Positions 27,801-38,596 of a DNA stretch of 64,000 nucleotides are shown piece by piece (positions within the stretch are counted from its first letter, which is position 1; the number at the start of each line of letters is the position of its first letter). Source of the DNA: Chrysomallon squamiferum (lineage: Eukaryota; Animalia; Mollusca); the NCBI GenBank assembly GCA_012295275.1, contig CM022673.1:10416001-10480000 (forward strand), written 5' to 3'. The notes below the pieces were generated by a model that was given only the letters and a program-made list of their open reading frames with translations, ran no database searches and was not told where the DNA came from. The translations under genes were made by a program, and so were the position numbers.

Positions 27801-29651
27801 AACATCTATGACACATACTTACTTGTTTATTTAATAAAAGAGTTGTCTTAAAAACAGTTCTGAACAATCAAGTCTAGATAGTAGTTTCTCTGTTTATCAC
27901 AGCTAGATGCATATTTTGCACAACTTGCATAAATTTATAAACAGACTTTAATAATAGAATCTGACGGTATGAATAAAGAAAAAAAAAATAGCAATTTACA
28001 GCTGGAATTATATTATTATTTTTTTTTATTAAATTAAACTTTTGTAATAAAATTGAAATGATATACATAAATATAATTTAAAAATAATTTATTGCAATTT
28101 AGTCCTCACTGCAGTCTATTTGAGCTAACAGTTATGTAATTATTATAATTATTTTAGAAGCAACATGCTGTAAGTTTTTAACTTTTTTAATAATAATAAT
28201 AATAAAAAAAAAAATAAATAAAAAAAAAACAAACATAAAATAAAAAAATAAATATAGAGATAAATAAAATAAACTAATAAGTCAGAGTGAAATAAAATAA
28301 AATAAAAGTCTAAGATCTACAACATTTCTGGTATGACAGTACAACACACATACTAAATAATACTGATTTTAAGGCTATGATGAGTAACAAGAATGTAGCA
28401 ACATTAAGCAATAATAAAATAATCACATTAATTATGCAGAGTATTCCACATTTTTGTTATTGCAAAAACTGATAATATATTTTTAATCATAAATACAGAA
28501 AACATCAAAAGCAACAATGAAAACATAACTTTAAAATATCAGGAAAAAAACCAGCAAAGAAATATCTGTTTAAAATCAATTTTTGATAAAAATACCCAGA
28601 CAGTCCTAAATCTTGGTTGTAAATATATTATCCCTGATGAGAGGGATGGTTTGAGAACTTGTGTTTATATGTACATATATATGTTTAAAATGTTTATAAC
28701 TAATGTTTGATAAATAGTCTAACCAGCCATGGCAAGATAGAATGTGAGTTGTTTATTATTATTTATTATTATTTATCATTGTCAAGGTCACATTCTGTTA
28801 CTAGACTAGCCACTTAGTATGTCTATAACAAAATGTATTTAAAACAGAAATGAAAATATATAAACATTTTTGGCAAGGAAAATTAGATTAAAACAGTTTT
28901 AATCCTGAAATAATACAGAGTAACAAAATTAAATGTGGGCCAGTCTTGTAATAAATTATAAGAAGATAATTATTAATTAATAATGAAGATAATGATGTTG
29001 ATTATAATAAATGTTTATCACTGTAATAATGCCAAAGTATAACATAAAAATATTGTCCAATAAGTTAGAATTGCCAAGAAACAGAGTAATAAAAATACTG
29101 TTTAATGAAAGACTTTTTTTTTTTTTTTTTTTGAAGCAAATAAACAAAAATAACAAAAATACAATATTTCTATGAAGAAAAATATACCTTATTTATACAT
29201 GTACTAATCATTCCAGCAGTGTTTCAGTTTAAAAGTTTTTCACTTACTCAAGAAAAAAAACATCTTTATTAATCTTATTTTTCCTGTTTATATATGTATA
29301 TGTATATATACAAATTAAAATGAATGAAAAAAAACTGGATCAAGAATTAAAGAAATAAGGTAAGATTAAACCATTATTTATTATCCATTCAAAACATTTT
29401 AGTCTTTAAAATTTTCACTTTAAGAAACAAAACGCTTTTAAATTATTTTTCCTTTTTTCCTTTTTCATATTAAAATAATAATAAATATAATAATGATAAT
29501 AATAATAATAATAGTAAAGTTAATACTGAATTACAAAAACATGGATCAATAATAAATGTATTTTTGTATTAAGATTATACCATTATTTAATGATATTAAA
29601 TATTTCCATTTTAAAAATGTTCTCTCTGTTAAAAAAAAAAATCACTCATTA

Positions 29652-29867
29652 TTATTGCCTGAGAATGTCTCTCAAAGTAAGAGTTGCTATTTGGTTTCCT
29701 TCTAGCGCTATGTCTGCCGTTCTGCCATTTGGTAAACCAATTGGTCTGGTTTTTCTTTTATGTCCCATGAACACATTGGGTCGAAGCCTTCCTTGTGACA
29801 CTGGGGGAGTTTCTTGTACAGGGGGGTTCACCTGAGGGTTGTTGCCCAGGTAGAGATCTTGAAATGT
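29652..29867 (-). CDS. ZSWIM2: ZSWIM2 last coding exon
   Basis: tttcag acceptor; TFQDLYLG...LRDILRQ then three tandem stops. Confidence 0.82.
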   Translation of the reverse strand, partial: TFQDLYLGNNPQVNPPVQETPPVSQGRLRPNVFMGHKRKTRPIGLPNGRTADIALEGNQIATLTLRDILRQ

Positions 29868-30779
29868 CTGAAATGATAGAATGAGTGAATGGTGGATAGA
29901 AGGACCGATGGATGAATGATGAATCAGAGGAAGGGTGTCAAGATTGATGGGTGGACACAGAATTGATAAATGACTAGATGAATAAATGGATGGATTAATA
30001 AATTAATATGTATAAATATTTAGATGTGTGTGGATGGAAGTTCAAATCTGAACAAATTAATGGATATATGGATCACTTACTTTCTTTACATAATTTAAAC
30101 AAAATTTATTAATGACTTTTAAAAGTCAAATTAAATGTTTTATAATGAATATCTGCTAACAGGAAACCAATGCTAATATTTTAAGAGAATTTACTGATTG
30201 GTAGAAAGCTATTTCTGATATACAGCTGCTCAAAAATATTTTCTTTTATACATTTATGGAACAAATCCAAAATGAATGATTTTAGGTGCTCAAAAAATAG
30301 GTTTGCTACTTAATTTTTCTGGGGTTTTTTATGATTTTTTTTATTTTTAAATTTCATTTAAATAATGAAGCACAATCAAATTTAAAATAATTTTAAAATT
30401 TACCTGCAAACCAGTAAGAATGTTACTTCTGAGAGTCTGTTCCTGAGTAGGCACAAGGTCTGGTAAAGAATTAATTCTTGAACGCCCAGGCTCTGAAAAC
30501 AAAACACAAAACTCACTTTCAAAATTCTTAGATAATTACTATTTTATTTTTAGAAACCAAATAATAACAGTCATATTGAATTTATAATTGTAAAGTGTTT
30601 AACAAATCAGAATAAAATTTTAAACAATAAGAATAATTCATTTATTTATTATTATTTTACCTCTATTAATTTGAATAAACTATTAAATACTGCTCAGCAA
30701 AACATTAATATCCAGTTATGCTAAAAAGGTAATTGATCAAAATTTATTATTTTCAAACCAAAATGAAGTATTTCTGTTA

Positions 30780-30811
<32 letters not shown>

Positions 30812-33800
30812 CCATAAAGTTATTATCTAAATTGATATAAAAATTTGAAATAATAGGGTTTGGATGATTTTTTTTATGGAAAGAACCAAACCAGAATTAA
30901 AATTTCCAAAGCTAACTAATCTGTATAACTCACTTTTTATTTACAATATTATAATTTTCTCTTTCTGTTTTTCATTACAGAATTCTGGGTTTCATTACAG
31001 AATCCAGAAAATACCTCCTTTACACTTTATGCTTAAAAATGCATAAGTTTTCTCATATTATGATTATTTATAATTAAGAAAAATCTATTCAATTTTTAAA
31101 GATGTTCTGAGCTATTACCAAAATAAAAACTGCTTCTAAAACTGAAATTTTTACATTCTGTGTAAAATGTGCCTAGTAACTTTTATTTTGATTATTATTT
31201 TTATTGTCCACTATTTTTATTTTTTATACTTTTTCAGTTTTTAATTTTCATACTTAAAACATTCAGTTTTTAATTTTCATACTTAAAATATCTTCTATTT
31301 TTATTTTTTATCCTTGAAATATCTATTATTTTTATTTTTTGTACTTTTGATCTACTAATTTTTTTTTGTACTTGAATTATCTACTATTTTGCTTTTTCAC
31401 TTAAAATATCAACTATATTTATTTTTTATACCTAAAATATTGCCTTTTTCATACACTTAAAATATCTTCTACTTTTATTGTTTTATTCTTATATCATCAA
31501 CTGATTAGTTTTATTTTTTATATTTAAAACATTTACACTCTGTTTTTATTTTCTCTACTTAAAATGTCAACTATTTTTCTTTTTTTTTACATAAAATATC
31601 TACTCACTACTTTTATTTGATGTAGTTAAAATATCTACTCTATTTTTTAATTTTTTATACTGAAAATATTTTCTATTTTAATTTTTTATACTTGAAAAAG
31701 ATATTCTGTATTTTATTTTTCATACTTAAAATATCTACCATTTTTCATTTTTACACTTAAAACATCTATTCACTATTTTTATATTTTATACTTAAAATAT
31801 CAACTATTACATTTTATACTAAAAATATCTAATATCTTCATTTTTTATGCTTAAAATATCTGCTGTTTTTATTTTTCATATTCAAAATATCACGTTTTTT
31901 ATTTTTTTATACTGAAAATATCTACTCATTATTTTTATTTATTCTTAAAACGTCTACTCACAATTTTTATTTTTATTCTTAAAATATCTATTATTTTTAT
32001 ATGGAACATAAACTTAAAATATCTACTATTTTTATATTTTATACTTAAAATATCTACTATTTTTATATTTTATTCTTAAAATATCTACTATATTTTTTAT
32101 TTTTTCATACTTAAAATATCTACTATTTTTATTTTTTTATACTTAAAATATCTACTATTTTTATTTTTTTACTTAAAATATCTACCATATTTAATTTTTA
32201 AACTTAAAATATCTATTATTTTTATTTATGCTTAAAACATCTACTATTTTTATTTTGTATACTTCACATATCTGCTATTTTTTACTTTTTTATACTCAAA
32301 TTACCTACTACTTTTACTTTTTTATACTTAAAACATCTATTCACTATTTTTATTTTTCATACTTCAAATATCTGCTATTTTTTAACTTTTTTAATACTCG
32401 AAATACCTACTACTTTTACTTTTTTTTTTATACTTAAAATATCTACTCACTATTTTTATGGTTTGTTACTTTACTAGGAAGTGAGTTAATCTCTATTCTC
32501 GGAAGAACACTTTTAATATTCGAGAGACTTTGTTCACCTCCTTCCCCTGAATCCTGCCTCTGTCTGCTGCCCGCATGGGCAGAATCTCCACTCCTCACCC
32601 TCTGACCCCCCTCACTTCTCTCCAGCATGGCCAGTTGCTGACCAAGCCATTCTCTGTGGTGTTCGGCTTTCTGAAGGAGTTGGGATCCTGGTAACAAGTG
32701 ATTTGATGTCATCTGTTCTCTTGAATCACTTATATTGGTTCTGAAATGATAAAGGTAATGATAATATTAATAAATAAATACAAATGAAAAAAAAAAAAAA
32801 TAAGGACGAATAAATAAAAATAAAATAGTGAACAATAATAATAACAACAAGCACTTAAAATATACATATTGATGCTGATGATGATAACAATTTTAGTATT
32901 GATAATAATATTTACCTTGACCAATAAATATAATGGTCATAACAACAAAAACAATAACAAAAATGATAATAATAATAATAATAATATTAATAGCAACAAC
33001 AACAATAATAATAATAATAACAATAATAACAACAACAACAATAATGATAATAATAATAATAGCAACAACAACAATAATAGTTCTGATCAAAGGTTCAGAT
33101 TCATCAGCCCAGTATATATATAATGAATACAAGAACCTTGTGTTATTTATCAAAACACCTACCCCGAAGTATCACCCAAAGGCACTCCTGCCACCTGAAG
33201 ACTGGATGGGGGTCTGTGAACTGTTGATGTATGTCTTGGTGGATGTCGATGGATGGACAGTCTTCTAGATTCCAGCAATGCGTCTCGTGGTCTTGTATCT
33301 ATACGAATGCCTGGAATCTCTAGAGTTGTCTGTCCTTGAACAGAACTCTCTAACTGAGAGGTGCCTGAACCTGGTTGAGAAAGGCCTGATTCTGTCTGGG
33401 TGTGTGACCTGTAACAGTTATTGTTACTGAAATTAGTATTACTGTTATTGTAAATTAAATAAAAAACAGTAAAACACATTTTTTGAAAGAACAACAAAAA
33501 ATTCACAAGTTGCTAAAATAGCCTCCTATCCATTATGAAAACAGATATATTGTTATTATTTTATCATCAGCAAATATAAGACACTGTCAATCTTTATATA
33601 TTATATTATATTTTACACACCTTTCAGGACTGAAATCTACAACCATGCCATCAATTGGACATGTTGGGTGAGAGTGAAGAAGCCAGCTTTTAATACAGTC
33701 TTTGTGAAACTATATAAAAAAAAGAAAAGAAGATAAATTATTATTAAATGTATGTCATAGTTTCAGAATTGATTCAACTGATTATTCAGAGAATGTACAT

Positions 33801-36800
33801 CCATGAGAAAAAAAAAAAAATAATAATAATAATAAAATAAAAAGAGAAAAAACAGACTACACAGATATTTATAATAAGACTGTATTTCAGTTTCATCCAC
33901 TCACTCATACATTATCTATTCATCTATTTAACTAACCAGTGAAATACACAGTGTGTCAGTCCTTCCCATCCCTCCCTAAGAACCCTGATATATTCATAAT
34001 TGTATTCAAACATCCTTCTTTCCTTACATGCATTCATATATGTGCTTACCTTGTGTTTACAAGGTAGTTTTTTGACTATTTGTCCAGTGCTGTATCCACG
34101 TAAGCAGACGCGACACTGCATGCCAGGAGCCAACAGACTGCTGTTATTTCTCACCATTTCTGTGGGCAGTGAGTCGATTTGTGTCTCAGATATCTGACTT
34201 GGTAATTGCACTGCTTCACTGATGGAAAGAGAGAAAGAAAATAAGTGAAAGATTTAAATATTTATAACATCCTATATTACCCATTACTAATGTAATTTAT
34301 AAACAATTTTAATTAAGAATAAACAAAAGAAAGTTGTTGAAAAAAAGAATAGTTGACCAGTGTGATTTCTGGCTCAATATCTGAGCGGTTCTTAACCATA
34401 AATATTTTTATGATATTATAATTGCAGATTAAATGTATGCTGAGTATGTTGTTAAATAAAAATATTTCTTCCTTCTTGTTACAAAATAATGTTACATTAT
34501 ACATATATTTCATAAATATTCATTATTCTGTGAATATGCACCCTTACTCATACTACAGCTCCTTATGAGCAATATGCAGTAAAGATAAAAGAATTCAGAT
34601 TAAAAATTAAATTTTTATTCCCTCACATTCAGTTTGACTCATCAAAGGTCTGAAATATTTTTGATAAAATGATTGTGATGTATTAATTTGCAGTAGATAA
34701 CCACCCTGAAGTGACCGGTGGTTAAATTAACTGACCTGTCAAGCTGTAGTAGAAGGTCATAGTCTGATGAGGAGATGTCCCGATTCATCAGGTCCTCAGT
34801 GACAGCTTGGGGTAGAGTGACACCAAACGTTCTGTCTGCAGCCCGCCAGCGCTGGTTACGTTTCTAAAGACATTGTGAAAATCTACATTAAACATTAAAT
34901 GATGTAACTAAAGGTTTAAATAAACTAAAGTGTAATTAACGATAAAATGAAATTAAAAAATAAGATGAAAAAAGTAAATAAAATAAAATAAAATAAAACA
35001 CAAGACAAAAGAAGTGTTGTTATAAAATTTTTAAAAATAAACAGATAACAAATAATATTATAAAATATATAATAATAAACAAAACTAAAGCAAACTCAGC
35101 AGAAAAAACAAACAAAACAAAAACAAACAAACAAACAAACAAAACTAACACCAAAAATAAATAAATAAACTGGAATAAATGTGGGGTTTTTTGGGGGGGT
35201 TGGCTCATGACTGAGATTTTCATGTCTCTGACTCAAATATTATAAGATATTAAGAAATAAATACTTACATGTCTAAATTCAAATGAATGTTGAGTGTGAA
35301 TTGGTGTGTTGAAACAGAGCTGACACAAGTAATAGTCCATACAATGAGAACATCTGTGTAATTAAAAAAAGTAATAAAGATACAGCAATATCAAGGGTTT
35401 TTTTTGTTTGTTTTTGTTTGTTTTAAAGTTTTGTAATTATACTGTTTTTAAATATAATCTTTTAAGTTGAACTTTTTTCCTAATGTTTTACAAACATTTT
35501 CAAATTACTTTATAAATTATCTTCAATACAAACATTCATTTTCAGAAGTTTAAAAAACATATATTTGTAAATATATATAAATGTGTGTGTGATTAATAAT
35601 AATAATCACATCACTAAACAAGAAAATATTTCAAATATAAACATTTTAGATGTTTTCAAGGGAAATCTAAATAAGCTCTTTTTTCATTTTTAAGAAGTAT
35701 ATTCATGAAGTATTAAAAACAGTATTTAATATAAAGATAATTGTAACATTATATAAACTATATTCCTCAAATACATGTAACATTATAAAAACTATATTCT
35801 TCAAATACCAGTAACATTATAAAAACTATATTCTTCAAATACCTGTAATATTATATAAACTATATTCTTCAAAAATACCTGTAACATTTCCCTTCTATTG
35901 GTGCGAGATGACAACTACGACAACACGTTCCCAAGTGTCTGTCCATTCTCACCGCAGGCTTCTCACCACTGGCATTTCTGAACTCCATCTTGAGTAAATT
36001 CAGAGGACCAAAGTCCTCTCGACATATAGGACATTTGATTTCCTCTCTGCCCAGACCCTGCTGGTGTTCTGCATAGATCTTCATACAACGGACGTGGATG
36101 CTGTTACCACAGCTAAACCTGTTTAAAAATCAATGAAATATTTACTTAAAGTTATTAAAACTTACTGATGCTAGCAGTAACAAACTGGTATAAACGAATA
36201 ACAATCAATCATCTTCATTGCCATGGTGAAAACAACAAAGAAGGAGATAGACTTACTTGCAGTAGGTAACAGGCAGGTGTTTAGACAACAATTCGTCCTG
36301 ACAGATTGGACAGACGTCGTCTTTGGCGATCTCTCTCTGCTGCATCATCTCGCGGCCATCTGCCGCACTGATGACATTTTTAGACACTGGTTTCTTTTTT
36401 CTCTGTTGTCCAATTTGGCCGTGCAGAACTTCATTGATTTCTCTTTCTACAAGTCCAAGCTGCCAAGTTACTGAAAAATAAATTTAAAAAAATAAAATCA
36501 ATATTGAAAATCTGAAAATCTAAATTTAAGTGAAGCATAATCTCCTTGAATGAATTTAAAAACATTATCATTATTCCTTGGTATTTTTTTTGTAACTAAA
36601 TGCATTATTTCAATCTTCAAAAATTTGTAATATTAATTATTATTATTATTATTATTGTCAGGTTTTTTTTGCATTATTAAAGAAACTGTAAAATTTCTAA
36701 ATTGTTAAAACAACATTCTAAGAATCAATAATTAAATGTACAATTTTCAAAAAATTATGAATAAAATTTAATATAATTTAAGTACATACTAGGATTTTCT

Positions 36801-37274
36801 TTTGGCACTCTGAACTTCTTTAACAGCAACCAACAAATATGTTTACAAAGATCTTTCTCTTTCTTAAACACAGAACAGGTACAGCTGTGTGGATCACCAA
36901 GATAAACCTAGAAAAGTAGAAAATATTCTATCTAGTATTTCAAAAGAAATATTTATCATTTTGTGTTTAAAACACTATTAAAACTGTTCTTTACAACTTT
37001 AAAAAAACAAAAAAAAAAAAAACATTATTTGAGTGAAATGAGCTTATAAATTAATGTGCTAATAATTTATATTTAAAAAAATGTATAATAATAATAATAA
37101 TAATAATAATATATAGTGACCAACCTTGATATTTTTTACTTCTCCTTCTTCCTTTAATAAAAATCCAGTAGGCCCCATCTCTCTTAGAATAAAGATGGTA
37201 GCGTTTTGAGCTTCTGCTTGGTGCCAACATACTGCATCAGTTAAGTGACGCCTCCAGGGAAAACTGCGAGACAT
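29652..37274 (-). CDS. ZSWIM2: E3 ubiquitin-protein ligase ZSWIM2 (MEX); complete CDS, 12 coding exons, 2034 nt, 677 aa
   Basis: All junctions GT-AG and in phase. N-terminus MSRSFPWRRHL...ILREMGPTGFLLKEE is characteristic; SWIM (CTC...CKHICW), RING (CPIC...CGNSIH..C...CPIC), ZZ (CRSC...YRCSHCMDYYLCQLC), second RING (CRVC...CKHKFHKDC...CPID); ends TAA TAA TGA. Confidence 0.95.
30404..30492 (-). CDS. ZSWIM2: ZSWIM2 coding exon 11
   Basis: PGRSRINSLPDLVPTQEQTLRSNILTGLQ; cag/gtaaat, phase 1->0. Confidence 0.8.
31200..32460. repeat. ~1.25 kb degenerate minisatellite (~30-35 bp unit)
   Basis: Repeated atacttaaaatatctact(cact)atttttattttt, abutting the donor of ZSWIM2 exon 32451-32740. Confidence 0.9.
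32451..32740 (-). CDS. ZSWIM2: ZSWIM2 coding exon 10
   Basis: 290 nt, phase 2->1, cag/gtgagt; overlaps ORF 32443..32712. Confidence 0.82.
32940..33080. repeat. (AAT/AAC)n compound microsatellite in a ZSWIM2 intron
   Basis: Direct inspection; explains the poly-Asn/Ile ORFs. Confidence 0.9.
33163..33408 (-). CDS. ZSWIM2: ZSWIM2 coding exon 9
   Basis: 246 nt, phase 2->2, cag/gtaggt; within ORF 33159..33506. Confidence 0.82.
33621..33709 (-). CDS. ZSWIM2: ZSWIM2 coding exon 8 (end of RING2)
   Basis: FHKDCIKSWLLHSHPTCPIDG; tag/gtgtgt. Confidence 0.92.
34050..34218 (-). CDS. ZSWIM2: ZSWIM2 coding exon 7 (start of RING2)
   Basis: ...LLAPGMQCRVCLRGYSTGQIVKKLPCKHK; cag/gtaagc. Confidence 0.92.
34340..34476 (+). 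mobile_element. Degenerate SINE 3' portion
   Basis: ctcaatatctgagcggttcttaaccata...tgagtatgttgttaaataaaaatatttcttccttc tail; reverse-oriented relative at ~48775-48950. Confidence 0.5.
34736..34863 (-). CDS. ZSWIM2: ZSWIM2 coding exon 6
   Basis: KRNQRWRAADR...RDISSSDYDLLLQLD; tag/gtcagt. Confidence 0.9.
35269..35353 (-). CDS. ZSWIM2: ZSWIM2 coding exon 5 (ZZ)
   Basis: CSHCMDYYLCQLCFNTPIHTQHSFEFRH; cag/gtaagt. Confidence 0.92.
35742..35888. repeat. 34-36 bp minisatellite, ~4 copies, overlapping a ZSWIM2 donor
   Basis: Unit aaatacctgtaacattatataaactatattcttc. Confidence 0.9.
35879..36118 (-). CDS. ZSWIM2: ZSWIM2 coding exon 4 (end of RING1, start of ZZ)
   Basis: FSCGNSIHVRCMKIYAEH...CPICREDF...CRSC...GKCYR; cag/gtattt. 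Confidence 0.93.
36257..36470 (-). CDS. ZSWIM2: ZSWIM2 coding exon 3 (start of RING1)
   Basis: TWQLGLVEREINEVL...DDVCPICQDELL...TYCK; cag/gtaagt. Confidence 0.93.
36790..36907 (-). CDS. ZSWIM2: ZSWIM2 coding exon 2 (SWIM zinc finger)
   Basis: VYLGDPHSCTCSVFKKEKDLCKHICWLLLKKFRVPKENP; tag/gtatgt. Confidence 0.93.
37125..37274 (-). CDS. ZSWIM2: ZSWIM2 coding exon 1
   Basis: ATG 5 nt after a cag acceptor (exon 37279-37125), AAG|gttggt donor. Confidence 0.92.
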
Positions 37275-37585
37275 TATTCCTGTAGAGCATATTAAAATAA
37301 TTAATTAATGACTGTTAGATATCTTGGTACTTTTATTTCATATTATGTATTGAGACATCCAGATATTTTATTTATATAATTTTTTTTTTTTTTTTTTTTT
37401 AATAATGATTTACTGAGGCCTAAAATATTCAGCACTTCCAAGTTATGACAATTACCATTGTCGCATCGAGTACATACTAAACAATTTTATAGAAATATAA
37501 TAAAATGGCCGTTTCATTAAATATAAACACTGAATGAAGTTATATAATTTAGGGAAAATATCTGATAAAATTCTGATATTAATAC

Positions 37586-37760
37586 CTTTCTATTAGATTC
37601 CACGCAGACACACTGTTTCCAAAACATACATCATTTTAAAGTAACAGGAAACATGTATCGCCATGTTGTTTTCATGTCTCCATGGTCCGTAGTCTCGTTT
37701 TCCTGAACACTTATTCAAAAGCGTATTTGTTATCGAAACTCCAACTGCCTCTTCCGTTTT
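37586..37760 (-). promoter_or_regulatory. Probable ZSWIM2 non-coding first exon and promoter
   Basis: AAAG|gtatta donor at 37585, locally CpG-rich, AACATGGCG (YY1-like) at 37659-37667; upstream limit approximate. Confidence 0.55.
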
Positions 37761-37990
37761 CTTTTCTTTTCGCGGGTTATTTTGAATCGAGCATGTTTCA
37801 AGATTTTGTCGGATAATAAAATGTTATAATCTCATACAATAGGTTATCAGTTAATAAAAAAAAGAGAAAAGTCAGATGTTATACTGATTTACGATTTATG
37901 GTATTTTTACACATGCTTAAATTTTTTTACTTTTACCACTTCGTTTAAGCAATATTACAAATGTTTACTTTTAGAGTAAAGTCATACTCA

Positions 37991-38596
37991 TAGTGGTATC
38001 TTGACTTACGAGTTTAATTCATTCCGTGACTGAGCTCGTAACTCAGTTTGCTCGTATATCAACTAAATTAAGTGAAAAATCATTAATCCGTTCCAGCCCC
38101 CTTAGAACCACCGCAATTTTTTGTAATGTATTTTCACATAAGAAAATTCTGTGTATAAATGACAAATATTGTATAAAAAAACAAAATAAAAGAGAATGAA
38201 AAGTATACAGGGTTAGGGTTTCTCCATCTTTTCATGGCCAGAGGTCCGCAGCTTAGAAACTGTTTTAACGCCTTTGGCTGGAGTTATATAGCCTTTATCG
38301 ACTCCTTCTGCAGTATGTAAAGGTACTACATTCGTACTGTCTAGCCATGTTCACTACTCGCTCACCTCGCTCATGTTTTTTTTTTATGATTTCATGCTTT
38401 AATTCAATGGACATCATCCGCTTCTTCTCACCACTGACCTTTGAACTCACTGTCTTAGGATCCATTGCCAGAAAAAATAAATTTGGTAAAATACTGTACA
38501 AAACGTAACTCGGATTTTGGCTCGCAACTTAAAGCAAAAAACCAACCAAGGCGACTGCTCGTATCTCGGAAAACTCGTAAGTTGGAGAATTCGTAC
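37991..38596 (-). mobile_element. Internally deleted Tigger/pogo-type (Tc1/mariner superfamily) DNA transposon
   Basis: Left end tagtggtatcttgacttacgagttt...ctcgtaactc; right end aaactcgtaagtt is its inverted partner (terminus eroded). Minus-strand fragment 38465->~38220 encodes MDPK...KKRMMSIELKHEII..HERGERVVNMARQY and, after frameshifts, ILQKESIKA..PAKGVKTVSKLRTSGHEKMEK, a CENP-B/Tigger N-terminal HTH. No DDE domain. Confidence 0.85.

Noticed and set aside
31200-32460. Repeat array with ~30-37 bp period as a possible CRISPR-like array (also 59890-60170)
   Set aside because: Eukaryotic intronic context, degenerate repeats, spacers related to each other, no cas genes
32730-33268. Overlapping poly-Asn/Ile ORFs
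   Set aside because: Products of the (AAT/AAC)n microsatellite in a ZSWIM2 intron
37677-37690. GTCTCCATGGTCCG as an RFX X-box in the ZSWIM2 promoter
   Set aside because: Second half-site lacks the required AAC
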